Program-made: the position numbers and the translations under genes | The notes under the pieces: generated by a model | The model's database searches: none | Told to the model about the DNA's origin: nothing | The model's input: the letters and a program-made list of their open reading frames with translations, nothing else | From: Octopus bimaculoides | Lineage: Eukaryota | Length of the DNA: 64,000 nt | Direction: 5' to 3' | Assembly (NCBI RefSeq): GCF_001194135.2 | Contig: NC_069004.1 | Location: forward strand, 27,579,720 to 27,643,719 | Shown here: one piece after another, positions 49,758-64,000 of the stretch | Layout: the number at the start of each line of letters is the position of its first letter | Numbering within the stretch: the first letter of the stretch is position 1

Positions 49758-50689
49758 TATACACACATATATATACATATAGACACTTCTACATATACAT
49801 ACATGTTGGACTTTATTTTACAAAATACAAAATTAAATGATAAATGAATGGAGCTGTTGATGAATAAGAACAAAAACCAGATTACTGTTTAGAATGGCTA
49901 GAGGCAAGACAACTGGAACATTCATTAAATCTTGAAATAAAGAGTATGGATTTACAAAAGATTTCCATTAATCGTAATATTGATATCATGGTGGATGATG
50001 TTAGTCGACCTTGTTCTCATCTCAGATTTCTCTTCCACATGTTTTGCTTTTTATCCAGGAATTTAAATAGTTTTATTAGAATGGCTGATTTGATTGTGTT
50101 GAAACCATGTTAGTGAATTTTATTTATGGAAAATCGTTATAAAAAATGCAGTTATCTGTTTGTCATCTCCATAACAACAGTCTTCCACAAAATCACATGT
50201 AATAGTTACTGTTTTTGATCAGAGCTAAAGAAATGGGATTGTTCCAAGATTGTTTGAGAAGAACAAGTCACTTTGACAGGATTAGTTTAATGTGTTTGAA
50301 ATGTTTGTCTGTCAAGAGATAGCAGGAATAACCTAGTTTGTTTTAATATGCAAGATAGATTTAGACGGATTTTCTATAGTAGGAAAGAAATCACTGTGAG
50401 TGCAAGCAGTGTGTCATTCTATATGCTAGAGTCATAGACTCCTTACATTTTAAATACTTTCTCTAATCTAATAGTGCACTTAAGCATGTAGTAGTGGCTG
50501 TGAACTGTACAATGACTTTACAGCTATAACAACAGTGATACTAGTAGTAGTAAGGATAAGTCTTTTATTTATCCTGCATGTGATGGACTCTCCCATCAAA
50601 GGCAGTGTATGAGTGTTCATCTTTTGCCAAACGATCTGCACAAATGATTTGTTTATAGTGATCAAATATTCATGCTGCACATTGTCTCG

Positions 50690-50880
50690 CTCTCTCTCTA
50701 TCAAATCGACGTTGCCAACAAGTGCATGGTGTACCATGCATCAGGTGTCGAAATGATTGCAGAGCAACATGAGATGGCGTGTTTTGCTCAAGAACACAAC
50801 ACACCACCCAGTCTAGGAATTGAAATCAAAATTTCACAATCGAGAGTGCAACACCCTAACCACTAGGCTATGCATTCTCA
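50690..50880 (-). mobile_element. Diverged tRNA/CORE-type SINE (related copy at 51230-51420)
   Basis: Reverse complement shows a tRNA-like head and GTGTTCTTGAGCAA. Confidence 0.55.
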
Positions 50881-51086
50881 TATTCTGCACACATTCATAG
50901 TATAAATAATTATTAATTGGGGTAGAAATTTATCATTTTTTTCTTTCATCCATATGACCGACGAGAGATCTTACACTTAGTCTAGGGAGGTTATCTCAAG
51001 CCAGATGTAGATACAGCTGGGAGTATCTAGTGCTTCAGTTAATTAAGAGTTTGAGTAATTTTTTTGTATGTGAGTATAAGCGTGTA

Positions 51087-51133
<47 letters not shown>

Positions 51134-51490
51134 ATGTGTGTGTCATAGTATCGACCAGATTAATTGGTTGATGTTACACATCATTGATCACAATGTACTT
51201 AATATTGTTTTAGCTTTTGAATGATATTACCTGCCCAGGACAGGTGAGCAGGTTAACATCCCCCCTGATCAGATAGCTATTCCATCAAAGGGTTACTCAT
51301 TTACATTTGAGTGGACAAGAACAATGTGAAATGAAGTGTTTTATTCAAGAGCACATCATGTCACCCAGTCCAGGAATTGCACCCATGGTCTAACAATCGT
51401 GAGTATAATGTACCTTCAAACACACACAGACATTTATATGTGTGTGTCATGTTTAATGTTGTAGAAGTTGTGCTCCTAATTTAGTATTAA

Positions 51491-51708
51491 CCCTTCTGAT
51501 ATCAACCCACCTGAGATTACACCTGGTTCTATGATACCAATTTCTTGTTTAAAAATGATCTAAATTAAAACTTTCCTTCAGAATTTCATGTTAATCAGCT
51601 CCAAACACTAGCTTGATATTGACAGTTATTTTACTGAATTGTTCATAATTTTCTAAATTAATTAAAACAAAAGTAGTGCATTTTAACAGAAATATGGTTC
51701 CAAATTGG
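51491..51708 (+). mobile_element. piggyBac-like MITE, family 2
   Basis: TTAA on both sides and a CCC 5' end; partial copies at 6682-6809 and 56178-56355. Confidence 0.65.
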
Positions 51709-51955
51709 TTAAATCTAGGTACAAAGTTTTTTCCCTTCATAGTTTTAGCTTTGCCCTATATATAAGTCTCACCCCTATTTTTTTAGTAGAATTCAAATAT
51801 AAAATAGTATGAATTATATATAAGCAAATAAGGTATATATACATATATATATATANNNNNNNNNNNNNNNNNNNNNNNNNNNNNNNNNNNNNNNNNNNNN
51901 NNNNNNNNNNNNNNNNNNNNNNNNNNNNNNNNNNNNNNNNNNNNNNNNNNNNNNN

Positions 51956-52440
51956 AATATTCTAATTTTAATGTATGTATAGTGTGACTAGTAGTAATAG
52001 CTTTTGTATGTCATGCATATTGGTAAGTCTAGGGGGCTTTGGTTATGTATTTATCTGAATATTTTTTTATCATCCCAAAGCGCCTATTATGATGGGTATT
52101 ATTTATCTTTTCAGCCTCCACATTCAGGTTATCAGTGTGCATTTCCACATCTTTACATCTGGATAATCTTACCATTCTGTTCAGAGATACTGTAGCATCA
52201 GTTGGGGCTGATACATTAGTTAAGAGGCACTTTCTTTCCTGGTGGTCTTAGAAAACAACGTCTGTTTGAGTATCCTTGTTCTCCCTGTCTGTATTGGTAT
52301 ATCCCAGTGTATGCGTGCTTTATCCTTTCCTGAAAGCTTTTCTGGTATATGTCCATAGGGCTTCTTTGTTGATATTTCATAATATTGATATAACTTTCAA
52401 TGTATAACAATGTATTTGATTCTCTGTCTGAAGAATTTCT
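51956..52440 (-). pseudogene. Second decayed R4/Dong-like RLE LINE C-terminus
   Basis: IH*KLYQYYEI...HIPEK...IHWDIPIQT...DVVF*DHQERKCLLTNVSAPTD...IPIIIGALGMIKKYSDKYITK. Confidence 0.8.
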
Positions 52441-52769
52441 GGTAGGAAATTTCTTACATGTTTATTCAACATGTACAATTTTGTGATTCACATTAGCAAA
52501 TAAAACATGTGTAATGTGAATAAATAATGCCAAAACTTTTTCCAGATTCCTGCTTTGTTATATAATTCTGTGAACAATATTTCCATAATTTTCAACTCTA
52601 ATATGTACCTCATATCAATACGACGACAACATCTACATACTTTAATGTAATACTGGAATATGCAGATCTGCTTCAAGAGGACACAGCTTGGATTTTTTCC
52701 CTTTCTACATAATTTTCAATGTATATAGTCCTATACTTTGCCATACTTTGGTTAAGACTAAACAGCCAG

Positions 52770-53200
52770 AGACAATATAGTTAAGTCTCTTCTCCATCAT
52801 AGGCACAGGTATATCTGTGTGACAAAGAAGCTTGCTTTGCAACCACACAGTTTTGGGTTTGTTCCCACTGTGCAGCACCTTGGGCAAGTGTCTGTTACTA
52901 TTGCCTTGGGTCAACCAATACTTTGCAAGTGAATTTGGTTGATGGAAATTGTGTGGAAGCCTGTCATACATGTGTGCGTGTCTTTTTTTTTGTCTATGTT
53001 TGTCCCCACCACTGCTAAACAACTGGTGTTGGTTTTATTTACATCCCTGTTACTAGCAGTTTACCAAAAGAAACTGATAGAATAAGGACCAATATTAAAA
53101 CTATAAGTACCCGCATTGATTTGTTCAACTAAAATGCTTCAGGGTAATACCCCAACATAGCTGCAGTCTAGTGACTAAAAGTAAAAGATAAAAGATAATG
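52770..53200 (+). mobile_element. Full-length diverged type C SINE
   Basis: Head to ACAAGTAAAAGATAAAAG-like tail. Confidence 0.8.
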
Positions 53201-53439
53201 ACCACCACTTAGTCTTCACTATATTTCGCTTTATTATATATATGCTTTTGACTTTTAAGTGGGAAGCTTTGATCCCATGTTGCATTCAAGAATTCTTAAA
53301 CTTCAATTTCGAGTCCTCTGCTTTCGGCCTGGGCTGCAAATTTTCATTTTCTACTTTCATCTGACTAGATATTAGTTACTATAGGAGCCTTTCTTGTCAT
53401 CATTTTGGCGGGTGTTCTGTGTCAGTGTGGTGACAAAAT

Positions 53440-53696
53440 CTTTAGCACACTAGACAAAATGTTTATGTCCTGAGTTCAAATTCTGCTGTGGTCAACTTTG
53501 CCTCTTGTCCTTTTGGAGTCAATAAGATAAGTACCAGTCAAGTACTGGGGTTGATGTACTCAACTAGCTCTTTCCCTTCAAAAATGTCAGGCCTTGTGCA
53601 TGGAGTAGAAAGGATTATGTGTCAGTCAAGTTCTAGGGTTGATTACTTGACTTACAAACCCTCCCTAAAATTTGAAGCTTTGTGTCTATGTAAGAA

Positions 53697-53733
<37 letters not shown>

Positions 53734-53743
53734 NNNNNNNNNN

Positions 53744-53781
<38 letters not shown>

Positions 53782-54000
53782 AAGGTAGCAGGCTGGCAGA
53801 ATCATTAGTATACTGTGCAAAATGCTTTGTGGCATTTCAGCTGTCTTTATATTCTGAGTTCAAATTCTGCCAAGGTTAACTTTGCTTTCATCCTTTCAGG
53901 GTCGATCAAATAAGTACCAGTTGACCACTGGGGTTGATGTAATTGACTAGACCCTTCCCCCAAAATTTCAGGCCATGTGCCTGTAGTGGAGTGGATTATT
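53440..54000 (+). mobile_element. Two to three older type-B-related SINEs separated by (ATT)n
   Basis: Core motif at about 53495 and 53880. Confidence 0.75.
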
Positions 54001-57000
54001 ATTCAATCCATAAAGAGAAGGGAACTTTCGCACAGAATAAAGAGTCCTGTATGACAATAATGATTATTATGAAACATTTCTGTTCATGTTTTTCCTCTGA
54101 CGTCTACTAATCTGCCTGAATTCAAAACGAACATTATTAATTGCATCAACCTTACACAGATAATGCTGTTCCCTCATCCAGGAAATGCCCCTCCGCCTCC
54201 TTCCTTCTCCCCTTTCTGAATCCATAAAATTTTAAGTTATGAGCGCATGTCTTTTGATGCTGTAACCGGATTTAGTGATGTTGCATGATTTCTTCCACTG
54301 TATTAATGTGATAGGGTTGCTGCTTAAACCAATGATGCATTTCTTAGAAAGGATAGTTTGATATGTAGACAAGATGGAGTGACTTATCTCCTTAAAACGG
54401 TTGTTGTTGTTGTTTAACCCTGGGTCAGCTTTGATTAACAAATCTATGATCAAAGTCATCTCAGATGTAAGCATCCTATCATTTTAGAGAATACTGTGGA
54501 TTACATTGTCTCATATGTCCTTGTATTTTATTATTAAGACAGTAGAGTGTGTATCAAGAGAGATTTGGCTGCTATTTCTAACAGGCCAGCTAACTACATA
54601 GTCTCCCTCCTCAGGTTTAATCTTCAGTCAACTTCAACGAGCTTTAATAAACGAACCTTCAACAAACCTATGGTCAGTCATTTCAGCTGTAACCTTCCTA
54701 TCATTTTAGAGAATGGATTACATTATCTCATATGTTGTTTTATTGAGACTGTAGTGAATGATCCAATAGAGATTTGGCTTCTATTTCTAACAGACATAAG
54801 TTCTGCAATGTGGGATTGAACCTAAAACTACATAGTTGCAAACGAAGCTTCTTAACCAGACAACCATTTGGATTCCAAAATGAAATTTATGCTGTAATTT
54901 ATTTTCCAGTTTCAGGTTGCTTTTGAAAATATACATATTTCATTACGAATTGTTGAAGTGATTCCTTTCATAAATCATTTTTTTTTTTTATTCAACTCGA
55001 ATGCGATAACTGTTCTTTTTCTTTTTCTTCCTCCCCTATCATTTTGGTAACTTTCCATGGGTGTGATTTCTTTTTACAGCTATGTGTTCTTCCCTTCTGT
55101 TAACTAGCCATGTAGGAGTGGTCGTGGCGTTAACCCCCTCTCACCCCCCCCAGCCCCATCCCACTGGACAAACCAAGGCAGATGGTTTTTATTTGTATTG
55201 ATCAGTGACAAAATATAAATAGGGAGGTTTGAACTCCTGACCATCAAGCCAGGAGAAGCATTTTTCTTCATTGGCAGCAACTAAGAGCGATGTGTAATGG
55301 TTAGATGATGGCCTCTGCCCATGAACTTCTGGCCTCTGCACAGAGAGAGAGTGGGGGGATGGAAGCAGCAATATATTCCGTTTGCTAGATTTAGAAACAA
55401 CAGTGTCTGTCAGTGAGAAAGCAAAATCTGTAGGTGACAGATTACTGAAGGTTGAAATTGTATTTGACATCAGTTGAGGAACCTAATTTCTGAGAGATAC
55501 CTTCTGGAAATAGATTCTGCTTTTTATTTAACTTGGTTGGTTAAAAATAATATTCTATTTTATGTTACTCTATTTCGGAGTGAATTACTTCATGCTATAT
55601 TCAAGTTGTCATCCTATCACAGATTTCTCAGACTGCATATGTTAAATACTAAATATTTTATTCAAAACTGAAAATTGGGGAAAGAACAAAAAAAAAAAAA
55701 AAAAAAAAANNNNNNNNNNNNNNNNNNNNNNNNNNNNNNNNNNNNNNNNNNNNNNNNNNNNNNNNNNNNNNNNNNNNNNNNNNNNNNNNNNNNNNNNNNN
55801 NNNNNNNNNNNNNNNNNNNNNNNNNNNNNNNNNNNNNNNNNNNNNNNNNNNNNNNNNNNNNNNNNNNNNNNNNNNNNNNNNNNNNNNNNNNNNNNNNNNN
55901 NNNNNNNNNNNNNNNNNNNNNNNNNNNNNNNNNNNNNNNNNNNNNNNNNNNNNNNNNNNNNNNNNNNNNNNNNNNNNNNNNNNNNNNNNNNNNNNNNNNN
56001 NNNNNNNNNNNNNNNNNNNNNNNNNNNNNNNNNNNNNNNNNNNNNNNNNNNNNNNNNNNNNNNNNNNNNNNNNNNNNNNNNNNNNNNNNNNNNNNNNNNN
56101 NNNNNNNNNNNNNNNNNNNNNNNNNNNNNNNNNNNNNNNNNNNNNNNNNNNNNNNNNNNNNNNNNNNNNNNNNNNNNTTAAAGTGGTCTAAATTAAAACC
56201 TCCCATCTCAACTTTATGTTAATTTAAATTCCAAACACCTGCTTAATCTTGACAAAATTATTTTACTAAATTCTTCCTTATTTTCAAAATTAATTTTAAT
56301 AAAAATTAAACGAAAGTTGTGTAGTTTAATAGAAATATGGCATCAAAAGAGTTGATATTTCTAAAGTTCTTGCTATAAAGTCTGGATTTCATATCAGTAG
56401 AATACATTCTGTTTCATCCTATAAATGGCTGACTAAAAAAAAAAAAACCACTTTGTTCAATCTTCCTTCTTAGAAGCCTTTTGAATTGATGATTTCCCTC
56501 TAGGCTTCACCAGTCTAGGAAGGCTTGCAAAGGTCATGGCCATTACCCAACTAGGTTGAGAAAAAATAGTATTGCATGACAAATATGCATGTTATCTTTC
56601 CTCTTTTTTTTTTATACGTCATTATGGGCACCACTTCATTGCCCACTGAAAATCTTAATGAGGGATTACTACTATATAATAGCAACTGGAAACCTATACT
56701 TACATCTCAAAGAATATATCAAAAATGACTTAGGAATTTTGTTTGTAGTTAAAACTAATATATTGGCTGTTGTAGGATACCTTCACAAGGTAGAAATCTC
56801 TGGAAACAGTTACCCTATATGAAGACATTAAGGATTTTCTCTCCCTTTTCTCTTGATTGTTAAACTATTAATACTCAGTGAAGAGGGAAAAAAACAAATT
56901 TCTTCCAGGCTGTAATTATTTTCCATCTATGAGAAATGTCTTATTTCATAAAATGTTTAATTAATATATCTTCGGTTATATCATGCTGGTGATTTCTAAA

Positions 57001-57659
57001 AAGAATGAAAGAGTGCTATACATGATGTCTACTAACTTGAAATTTTAAGAACTTCATAATAAATAAGCAAGCAAGAAAGAAAGAAAATTAATCAAGAGTA
57101 TTTTGTGTATTTTTTTTTTCCTTATTCTTTAATTTCAAATTAATTCCACCAAATATTATGGCGAAATGATTATCTTCCTTGTAATAATTGTCCACTAGGG
57201 AACAACATGTGTATATTTCAAGTTGTTATATCTAATTTCTAAAGAAATACCTTTTATTGAACGAATACGCTATAATGTTCTGTTACTGTCTGTGTATGTA
57301 ATGTTAAACTATGGAGCAAGATTGAAGGCGTAGTCTATTATAAAACACACAACATTTATATTATTCATTGACTGATAAACTATGGAACGAAATTGAAGAC
57401 ATAATTCTATTATAGAGAATATTACTTATTCATAAGACAATTGACTGAGAAAGCATAGAAGAAAATCGAAAACTCAACATATATATTATTTATATTATCC
57501 CTCAGACAATTGACCAGGAAATAAATATTTCAAATTGTGATATATATTTATTACTGATATATGGTTTTTTTAAGTGGGGCAGCCATTGTAGTATACTGAC
57601 TGGGACCATGGAGTTAAGCCCAACCATATGCATTTTCCTCTCATATGAAAATCGTTTAA

Positions 57660-58000
57660 GTAGGTGCAGATATGGCTGTCTGGTAAGAAGATTGCTTCCA
57701 ACTACATTGTGGAACCTTGGGCAAGTGTTTTCCACTATAGATTCAGGCCAACCAAAGCCTTCCGAGTGGATTTTCTTGATGGAAACTGAAAGAAGCCTAT
57801 ATGTGTGTGTGTATTTCTGTGTTTGTCCCCCATCCCACCACCACTTGACAGCTGTTAATGGTGTTTACATCCTCATAACTTAGTGGTCTGACAAAAGAGA
57901 TTGATAGCGAGTACCAGGGATCAAATAAATAAATGTATTAGGGATCATGTCATGTGACTAAAAATTCAAAGCTGTAAGCTAGCAGACTAAATGACTGAAA
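57660..58000 (+). mobile_element. Full-length diverged type C SINE
   Basis: Similarity to other C copies. Confidence 0.8.
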
Positions 58001-58804
58001 GAAATATAAAGAAAAACAAAAATGTTTCACTCGTTCCTTTTAAAACAATCATCATTAGCCCAGTCATCATCATCATCATTATCCGTTTAATGTTCACCAA
58101 ATGTATGTAATAATAGCACTAGGACATTGTCTTATTCTTTTCTATAGGGTAGCGTTCAAAGTTATTATTAAAAATAGTTTTAGCATTTCCCTCACTAATG
58201 AATATTGCTAACATTGTCACCATTGCATTCATCCATAGTAGTGTTATGTATGGTTATGGGATTATGAAGTTTGCTTTGTGACCACAGTTTCAGCCCCTCT
58301 GTTACACTTTGGATAGGTGTCTTGTATTAAATCCTTAGGCCAGCCAAACCTTTGTGAGTGACTTTGGTAGACAAAGACTCTGTGTGTGTGTATTCATCAT
58401 TGTTTAACTCCTGTCTTCAGTGTTGAATAGTTCGATAGGATCTGATGAGACAGAGGACTGTGTTGAACTTCAATGTCTACTATTGGCATGGTTTATCTCA
58501 CTGGAGGGCCTTCCTAATGCCAACCACTTCACAGTATGTACTGAGTGCCTTCTTTTGTAACGCGGCACTAGTGATGTCATTAAGTAGCTTGCAAGATAAG
58601 ACCCCTCAATTGTGTGGAGATTTGATATTGAGGAAGGTGGCTTTTGATGCCATGTGCTGAGAAGTTAAAGTAATAATTCTAGGGACAGGAACAGGTATCT
58701 TTCTATAAAGAAGATGCATGGCTACCCTAGCTGGAAAGAAAGAAAAGAGACAGTAGCAATGACGTCTCATGGCATACCCTCAAAATACAAGAAGGTGATT
58801 GTGT

Positions 58805-58842
<38 letters not shown>

Positions 58843-59623
58843 CCACCCATGTCTGTGTGTATGTTTGTATTTGTCTCTCACCATTTACAGCCTCATAACT
58901 AAGCAGTGTGGGAAAAAGAGACTAACAAAACAAGTACCAGACTTTAAAAAAATAAATAAATAAATACTACGTTGAATAGATCGACTAACTCTTCAGAGTA
59001 TTACCCCAGCATGGCTGGAGTCCAGTGAGTGAACTTAGTAAAAGAGTAACTTGGAATTATATAACAAATTAGTTGTCATACTCTATCACCTGACTGTCTT
59101 GAGATAATAGCTCAGTGGTATATCGCTGTTAGAATTCTCGCTGTTTTCTCACCATTTCTTGCTGTTTTCTCTCCAGACCAATCAAATTAATCTAACACTT
59201 GTCTGCTGTGATTTAGATCACACCTCAATACTGTTTAGTCTTTTTACTCTCTACTCATCCCACCCACTTTTATTGAATCCAGCAACACTCACCCTCACCC
59301 TTCCCTGACTCGCCTCTCTGTCACCATCAATCATCTTGACTTGGATTTTAGTATTTGGTTACATGTGCAGTTCTCAGTTAACTCCCAGCGCTATATATTA
59401 ATTACAAATGTAAATTTAGATTACTGCTGCAGTTTACTAAACTGGGCTTCCTTATTGACTTGTGTTGCATCCTCAGGTGTGTGCTTGTTATTGCTCATGT
59501 AACAAATTATCTCATTGACAATAACAAATTTCTCTGGTGTTCATTTATTATTGCTAACTACAGAGTGTATATAATTTACAAGCACCAACTGCTCATCACA
59601 GTATGTCTTCCTTCCTCTCTCTA

Positions 59624-59704
<81 letters not shown>

Positions 59705-60506
59705 GTGTCTATCTTTGTCTCTCACTCCTTCCTCCTTCTATGTCTATCATCATCTCTCTTTCTCACCTCACCCAAGTCTGACCCTCCCCCTCTCTCTCTA
59801 GGCATATGCATAGTTGGATGGTTAAGTTTATTGTGTGACTCAGAGGTTTCGGGGCCAATCACATTGAGCTTGAGCACGTATTTTCTTTTATTAACTTTGG
59901 GTTGATCAACTGATATCTTGTGATTGAAATTTGTCAGACAGAAATTGTATTGAAGCCTAATGTGTGTGTACATGTGTGTATTACACATGCACGCATGTGT
60001 GAATATTTGTTTCCATGTGTCTGCATTAACACCACATGGCTTAGGGTGACGTTGTTCATGTTCCACTTAATGTCCTACAACTCAGAGGTTTAAACATGTA
60101 AAGACTTGTCTAATAAAGCACCTTATTTGAAAACAAGTAACGGTTGGTGTCAGGATGTACCTCCAGCCATAGAATACTGTCTCAGGAAGTCTTGTCTAAC
60201 TCATGCCAGCATTGAAAATACTGACATAAAGACAGTGATGATGAAGATGCCAATAGTTACGATTCCACATATAGTATATAAAGACAACATAAAAACTCCA
60301 TATTGGTGCCTTCTAGCCATTTATTGAACTTGCATGCTTGCTTCGAAGACACGCACAAAAATTAACAAATGAGAAAAAAAATCCACCACAGCTATAAAAG
60401 TTAACTCTTGGTTGGATTAGAACTGAGGACCCAGAAGGAAGGAAGCATTATTTTATACATATATACGTACATACACACACATGCTACATATATATATATA
60501 TATATA

Positions 60507-60576
60507 TAAATGGTGTCCCAAAAAGTTTGACATCATTTCATCACCTAATGATGTCAAATTTTCCGAACGCTCTGTA
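60507..60576. mobile_element. Minimal mariner-type MITE (about 70 bp) inside (TA)n
   Basis: GGTGTCCCAAAAAGTTTGACATCATT / AATGATGTCAAATTTTCCGAACGCTCTG imperfect TIRs with a 9-nt spacer. Confidence 0.55.
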
Positions 60577-60607
60577 TATATACTCACACATACATCACCC
60601 ACTATAC

Positions 60608-60664
<57 letters not shown>

Positions 60665-60897
60665 NNNNNNNNNNNNNNNNNNNNNNNNNNNNNNNNNNNN
60701 NNNNNNNNNNNNNNNNNNNNNNNNNNNNNNNNNNNNNNNNNNNNNNNNNNNNNNNNNNNNNNNNNNNNNNNNNNNNNNNNNNNNNNNNNNNNNNNNNNNN
60801 NNNNNNNNNNNNNNNNNNNNNNNNNNNNNNNNNNNNNNNNNNNNNNNNNNNNNNNNNNNNNNNNNNNNNNNNNNNNNNNNNNNNNNNNNNNNNNNNN

Positions 60898-60936
<39 letters not shown>

Positions 60937-61478
60937 TGTGTGTATGTATATATAGGTGTGTGTATGTATATATACACACACACATACACACCACACTTGG
61001 CCCAGCATGGTTTGTTAAAAGTAAATACAAATCTAACACATTACAACCAGAACCAAGAAATCTGATTGGCAACATCCCACTGATCTATTATACAAGATTG
61101 AACTCTCCAAAATACTTGAAACATTTATTCCCAATACAATAAAGGTTCAATCCAATATGGCTTCCAGCTTTTCTTCTCAATTATTACACTACTCTCTAAC
61201 ATAACCCAACAATTATTGCGGTTTCAACAAGGTAAAAAAAAAAGGAAAGAAAGAAAGAAAGGAAACAGGAAAAAATATAGCCCCTCACACTGTCATAACC
61301 ACATACAACATCAATAAAGCTTTTGGCTTTATTTCCACTCAAATATACTTCAAATATACCTAGCTAGCAATATAAGAAAATGAGGTTTGACAAATGGGTT
61401 TTCTTAGCAGATGTTGTTTGTTGCTGATGGTGTTAGTTAATATGTTGATAATGATGCTGATTGTAGTAGTAGTTTTTT

Positions 61479-61511
<33 letters not shown>

Positions 61512-62009
61512 GGTGGGAGCTTTGTAGTTGACTGTTTAAATATTGAGATTAAAACTTTTATAACGTAAAAACTGCAAAAGAAAGAATAATAATAATAGAT
61601 TGATCATCAAAGTTTCAAATATTGCAGAGGAATACCAGTGCTTTCTCTGAGGATCATGGACTCTGTAGATACAGTTCCTAGGTTTCTTAGTTTGGCACAA
61701 GTATATCATCATCATTGTTTCAATGTCTATCATTGCATCATCAGTATACCAGCATCATTGTTTCTTTGTCTAAACGGCTTACTGAGGTAGATTTTCTACA
61801 GTTGGATGCCTTTCCTTACCAGCCCATATCTGTTTCCAAGCAAAGCAGTATTTCCCCATGGCCAGATATGTTTTTGTGGAACATTGGAAAGGAATGATGT
61901 CCCTTTACAATAGTCATGTGATGTCATGACAGAGAAACTTAAACATTCACACACACATACATACATACATACATACATGTGTGTGTGTGTAAAGGGCCTG
62001 GCTCCACTT

Positions 62010-62290
62010 GATTCAATCAATGAAAATTCATGAAATTAATAAGCAAGTGGCTGAACACTCCACAGACACGTGTACCCTTAGCGCAGTTCTCAAAGAGATT
62101 CAGTGTGACACAGAATGTGACAAGGCTGGTCCTTTTGAAATTACTGGTACAATTTGTTTTTGTCAGCTGAGAAGACTGGAGAAATGTGAAATAAAGTTGC
62201 ATTGCTCAAGGACACAGCACATTGCTAGGAATTGAAGGCCAAAACTTTATGAGTGTAAGCTGAATACTCTAACCAGTAAGCCACATACCT
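62010..62290 (-). mobile_element. SINE type A variant with CORE-like middle
   Basis: Reverse complement aligns with 11305-11625. Confidence 0.7.
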
Positions 62291-62852
62291 TCACTGTGTA
62301 TGTGTGTGTGTGTATGTATAAAGTCATACACACACACACAAACACAATGGGCTTCTTTCAGTTTCCATCTATCACACCCACCCACAAAGCTTTAGTCAAT
62401 GTGAGGTTATTGTAGAAGACACTTGCCCAAGGTGCCACACAGCCACACTTGCTGTAGAAATTCTGAGATGAAGTGTATCATAAAGACAGTTCACAGACAG
62501 GTTGTAGTAGTGTGCTTGTGAGAAGCAAGGGTGTAATTTTGAAACCTGTGTTTCTGTGATATGTGTTTCTTGGTGACTATGACTATTTGATTTTTGATAA
62601 ATGAGCGACATAGAAGAAGGTGGTAAGGGGGGGGGAGTGAGAGAGTGAGACAGAGAGAGAGAGAGAGAGAGAGACTAGGTTATCATTTCCTCATTGCAGG
62701 ATGTTTGTAGATATAATGCAGATTTAGTGTGAAATGTCTATCTAGGCTGCTTGCTGGATGAGGTTTATGCTTAAAATTCACAGAAGAGTTTAGAATGGAA
62801 GTGTGTGTAGTCAGATGTAATAACAAGCAGGTTATTAGAGTGAAGGAAGTGT

Positions 62853-62893
<41 letters not shown>

Positions 62894-63436
62894 AGTGGAT
62901 TAAATGCTGTAAATCCACTACTATTTCATTTGCTTTCAGTGATCTCTTGTCCGTGAATACTCGATATTTCAAGCAAATTATTAATGGAAGTTGTAACATT
63001 CATTCTGTTCTTTTCACATTAGTGATGTGATTAAAAAAAAAATCATGTTGCAGACTGCTTGACAGGAGCTTATCTTAAACTATATTCTTTCCTTCTCTCT
63101 CTCTCTCTCTCTCTCTCTGTCTCACATGTATTATATATATATATATATATATACACACATGTGTTTTCTATAATGCATCATGGAACAAATAGGTTAATTC
63201 ATTTTATGGATGAACTGTGTATTTACAGTGTATGTGTGTGTGTGTGCATGATAAAGATGTTTCCATAAATCACAAGGGCTTTATAAAGTCAATGATTAGT
63301 TTCAATATCTGTAGCATTATACAGATGAGAGGTTATTCTACCTCTGTTGTGGATTCCATTCAATTGTAGGCAACATTCTTACGATATTTGATATCAATCC
63401 CCTACAGCTAGATTTACTCAGGCATATAGGAATTGT

Positions 63437-63471
<35 letters not shown>

Positions 63472-63920
63472 GTAAATACATGTGGGTTTGCACATGTGTG
63501 TATATATATATACATGCATGAGTGAAAATAAACACACATACAAAGGCATAGTTAATGTTAGACTTTAATTCAGAGTGATAGCAATCTTCTCCAGTATATC
63601 TCAAATGATCATACTAGATCAATCTTTAAAGTTGAAATCCGTAGCTGGCCAGTAGGAATTTGAACTGTTTCGGTGTTTTCCTATTATGTGTGCGAGTGTG
63701 TGCATCAGGATTTTGTGTGCATGTTTTGTTGATATCTCTTCAATGGCTTTGTAAATTACCTAATACAAGCAGTAAAGCTGAGATAAAAGCAATGTGCCAA
63801 ACAGTTGATTACCAGCATCTCAAGAGTAAGCAAGCTATGTGATAAATTTCCGAAATGAGGTTCTGAGAGAACCTGACTATCTGATGAGGGCACAGGTTTC
63901 ATTTCATGCTAACCATATAT

Positions 63921-64000
<80 letters not shown>

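Overview
AT-rich, microsatellite-dense animal DNA with about 13 assembly gaps (N-runs). It is very probably octopus: this is inferred from three abundant tRNA-derived SINE types resembling the published octopus OK/OR1/OR2 families, and I cannot say which local type is which family. There is no intact long ORF, and almost all of the supplied ORF track is artefact from microsatellites, N-runs or SINEs. The window looks like one or more very large introns, or intergenic space. It is filled with SINEs (labelled here A, B and C), degraded LINE fragments (two R4/Dong-like RLE C-termini, RTE-like tails, a Penelope-like remnant), a decayed Tigger/pogo transposase, and non-autonomous DNA elements (mariner-, piggyBac- and hAT-like MITEs, and one Helentron-associated HINE). 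The host gene cannot be named. Most notable observations: (1) three independent young B SINEs inserted at the same site of C SINEs, each with its own target-site duplication (TSD); (2) + strand splice architecture in repeat-poor islands, namely an AG|GTAAGA recursive-splice-like site opening a 27-nt exon and a 6-nt microexon with upstream UGC and downstream GCAUG; (3) a 155-bp near-perfect hairpin; (4) a decayed minimal hammerhead-ribozyme motif in a Penelope-like remnant; (5) modular head/body/tail swapping among the SINEs. All exon calls come from splice motifs alone and need RNA-seq.
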